A DNA stretch of 50,032 bases, from NCBI GenBank assembly GCA_009602735.1, contig WELA01003361.1, positions 126,548-176,579 of the forward strand, in the 5' to 3' direction. Shown piece by piece: positions 50,015 to 50,032 of this stretch. This stretch comes from Mesotaenium endlicherianum (lineage: Eukaryota). The position numbers and the translations under genes are program-made. How positions within the stretch are numbered: the first letter of the stretch is position 1; every line of letters begins with the position of its first letter. The notes beneath the pieces are model-generated. The model saw nothing but the letters and a program-made list of their open reading frames with translations. It was not told the origin of the DNA and did no database searches.

Positions 50015-50032
50015 GTGGGTGGGTTGGTGGGG

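Overview
Eukaryotic, intron-rich draft-genome window with many N gaps, most likely from a streptophyte green alga (inferred from an ETR-type receptor, plant-type H2A.X SQEF, PRORP, UTr7 and GC-rich exons). Seven spliced genes can be built with GT-AG junctions: anthranilate synthase beta subunit (+, 5'-partial), an ETR1-like hybrid histidine-kinase ethylene-receptor homologue (-), a UTr7-like nucleotide-sugar transporter (+), a full-length MORN+SET SETD7 (SET7/9) homologue (-), INTS9 (+), histone H2A.X (-) and PRORP (+, 3'-partial). Two intact MITEs are present (PIF/Harbinger-type with TTA TSD; hAT-type with 8-bp TSD). Most notable: (i) the receptor's Cu-ligand Cys65 position is Leu; (ii) introns tend to have C-rich 5' ends and G/GU-rich 3' ends instead of a polypyrimidine tract; (iii) splice sites with adjacent exon sequence are repeatedly duplicated locally; (iv) an animal-type SETD7; (v) a PRORP with a transit-peptide-like leader followed by an internal Met and NLS. 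Family assignments come from recalled motifs, not database searches.
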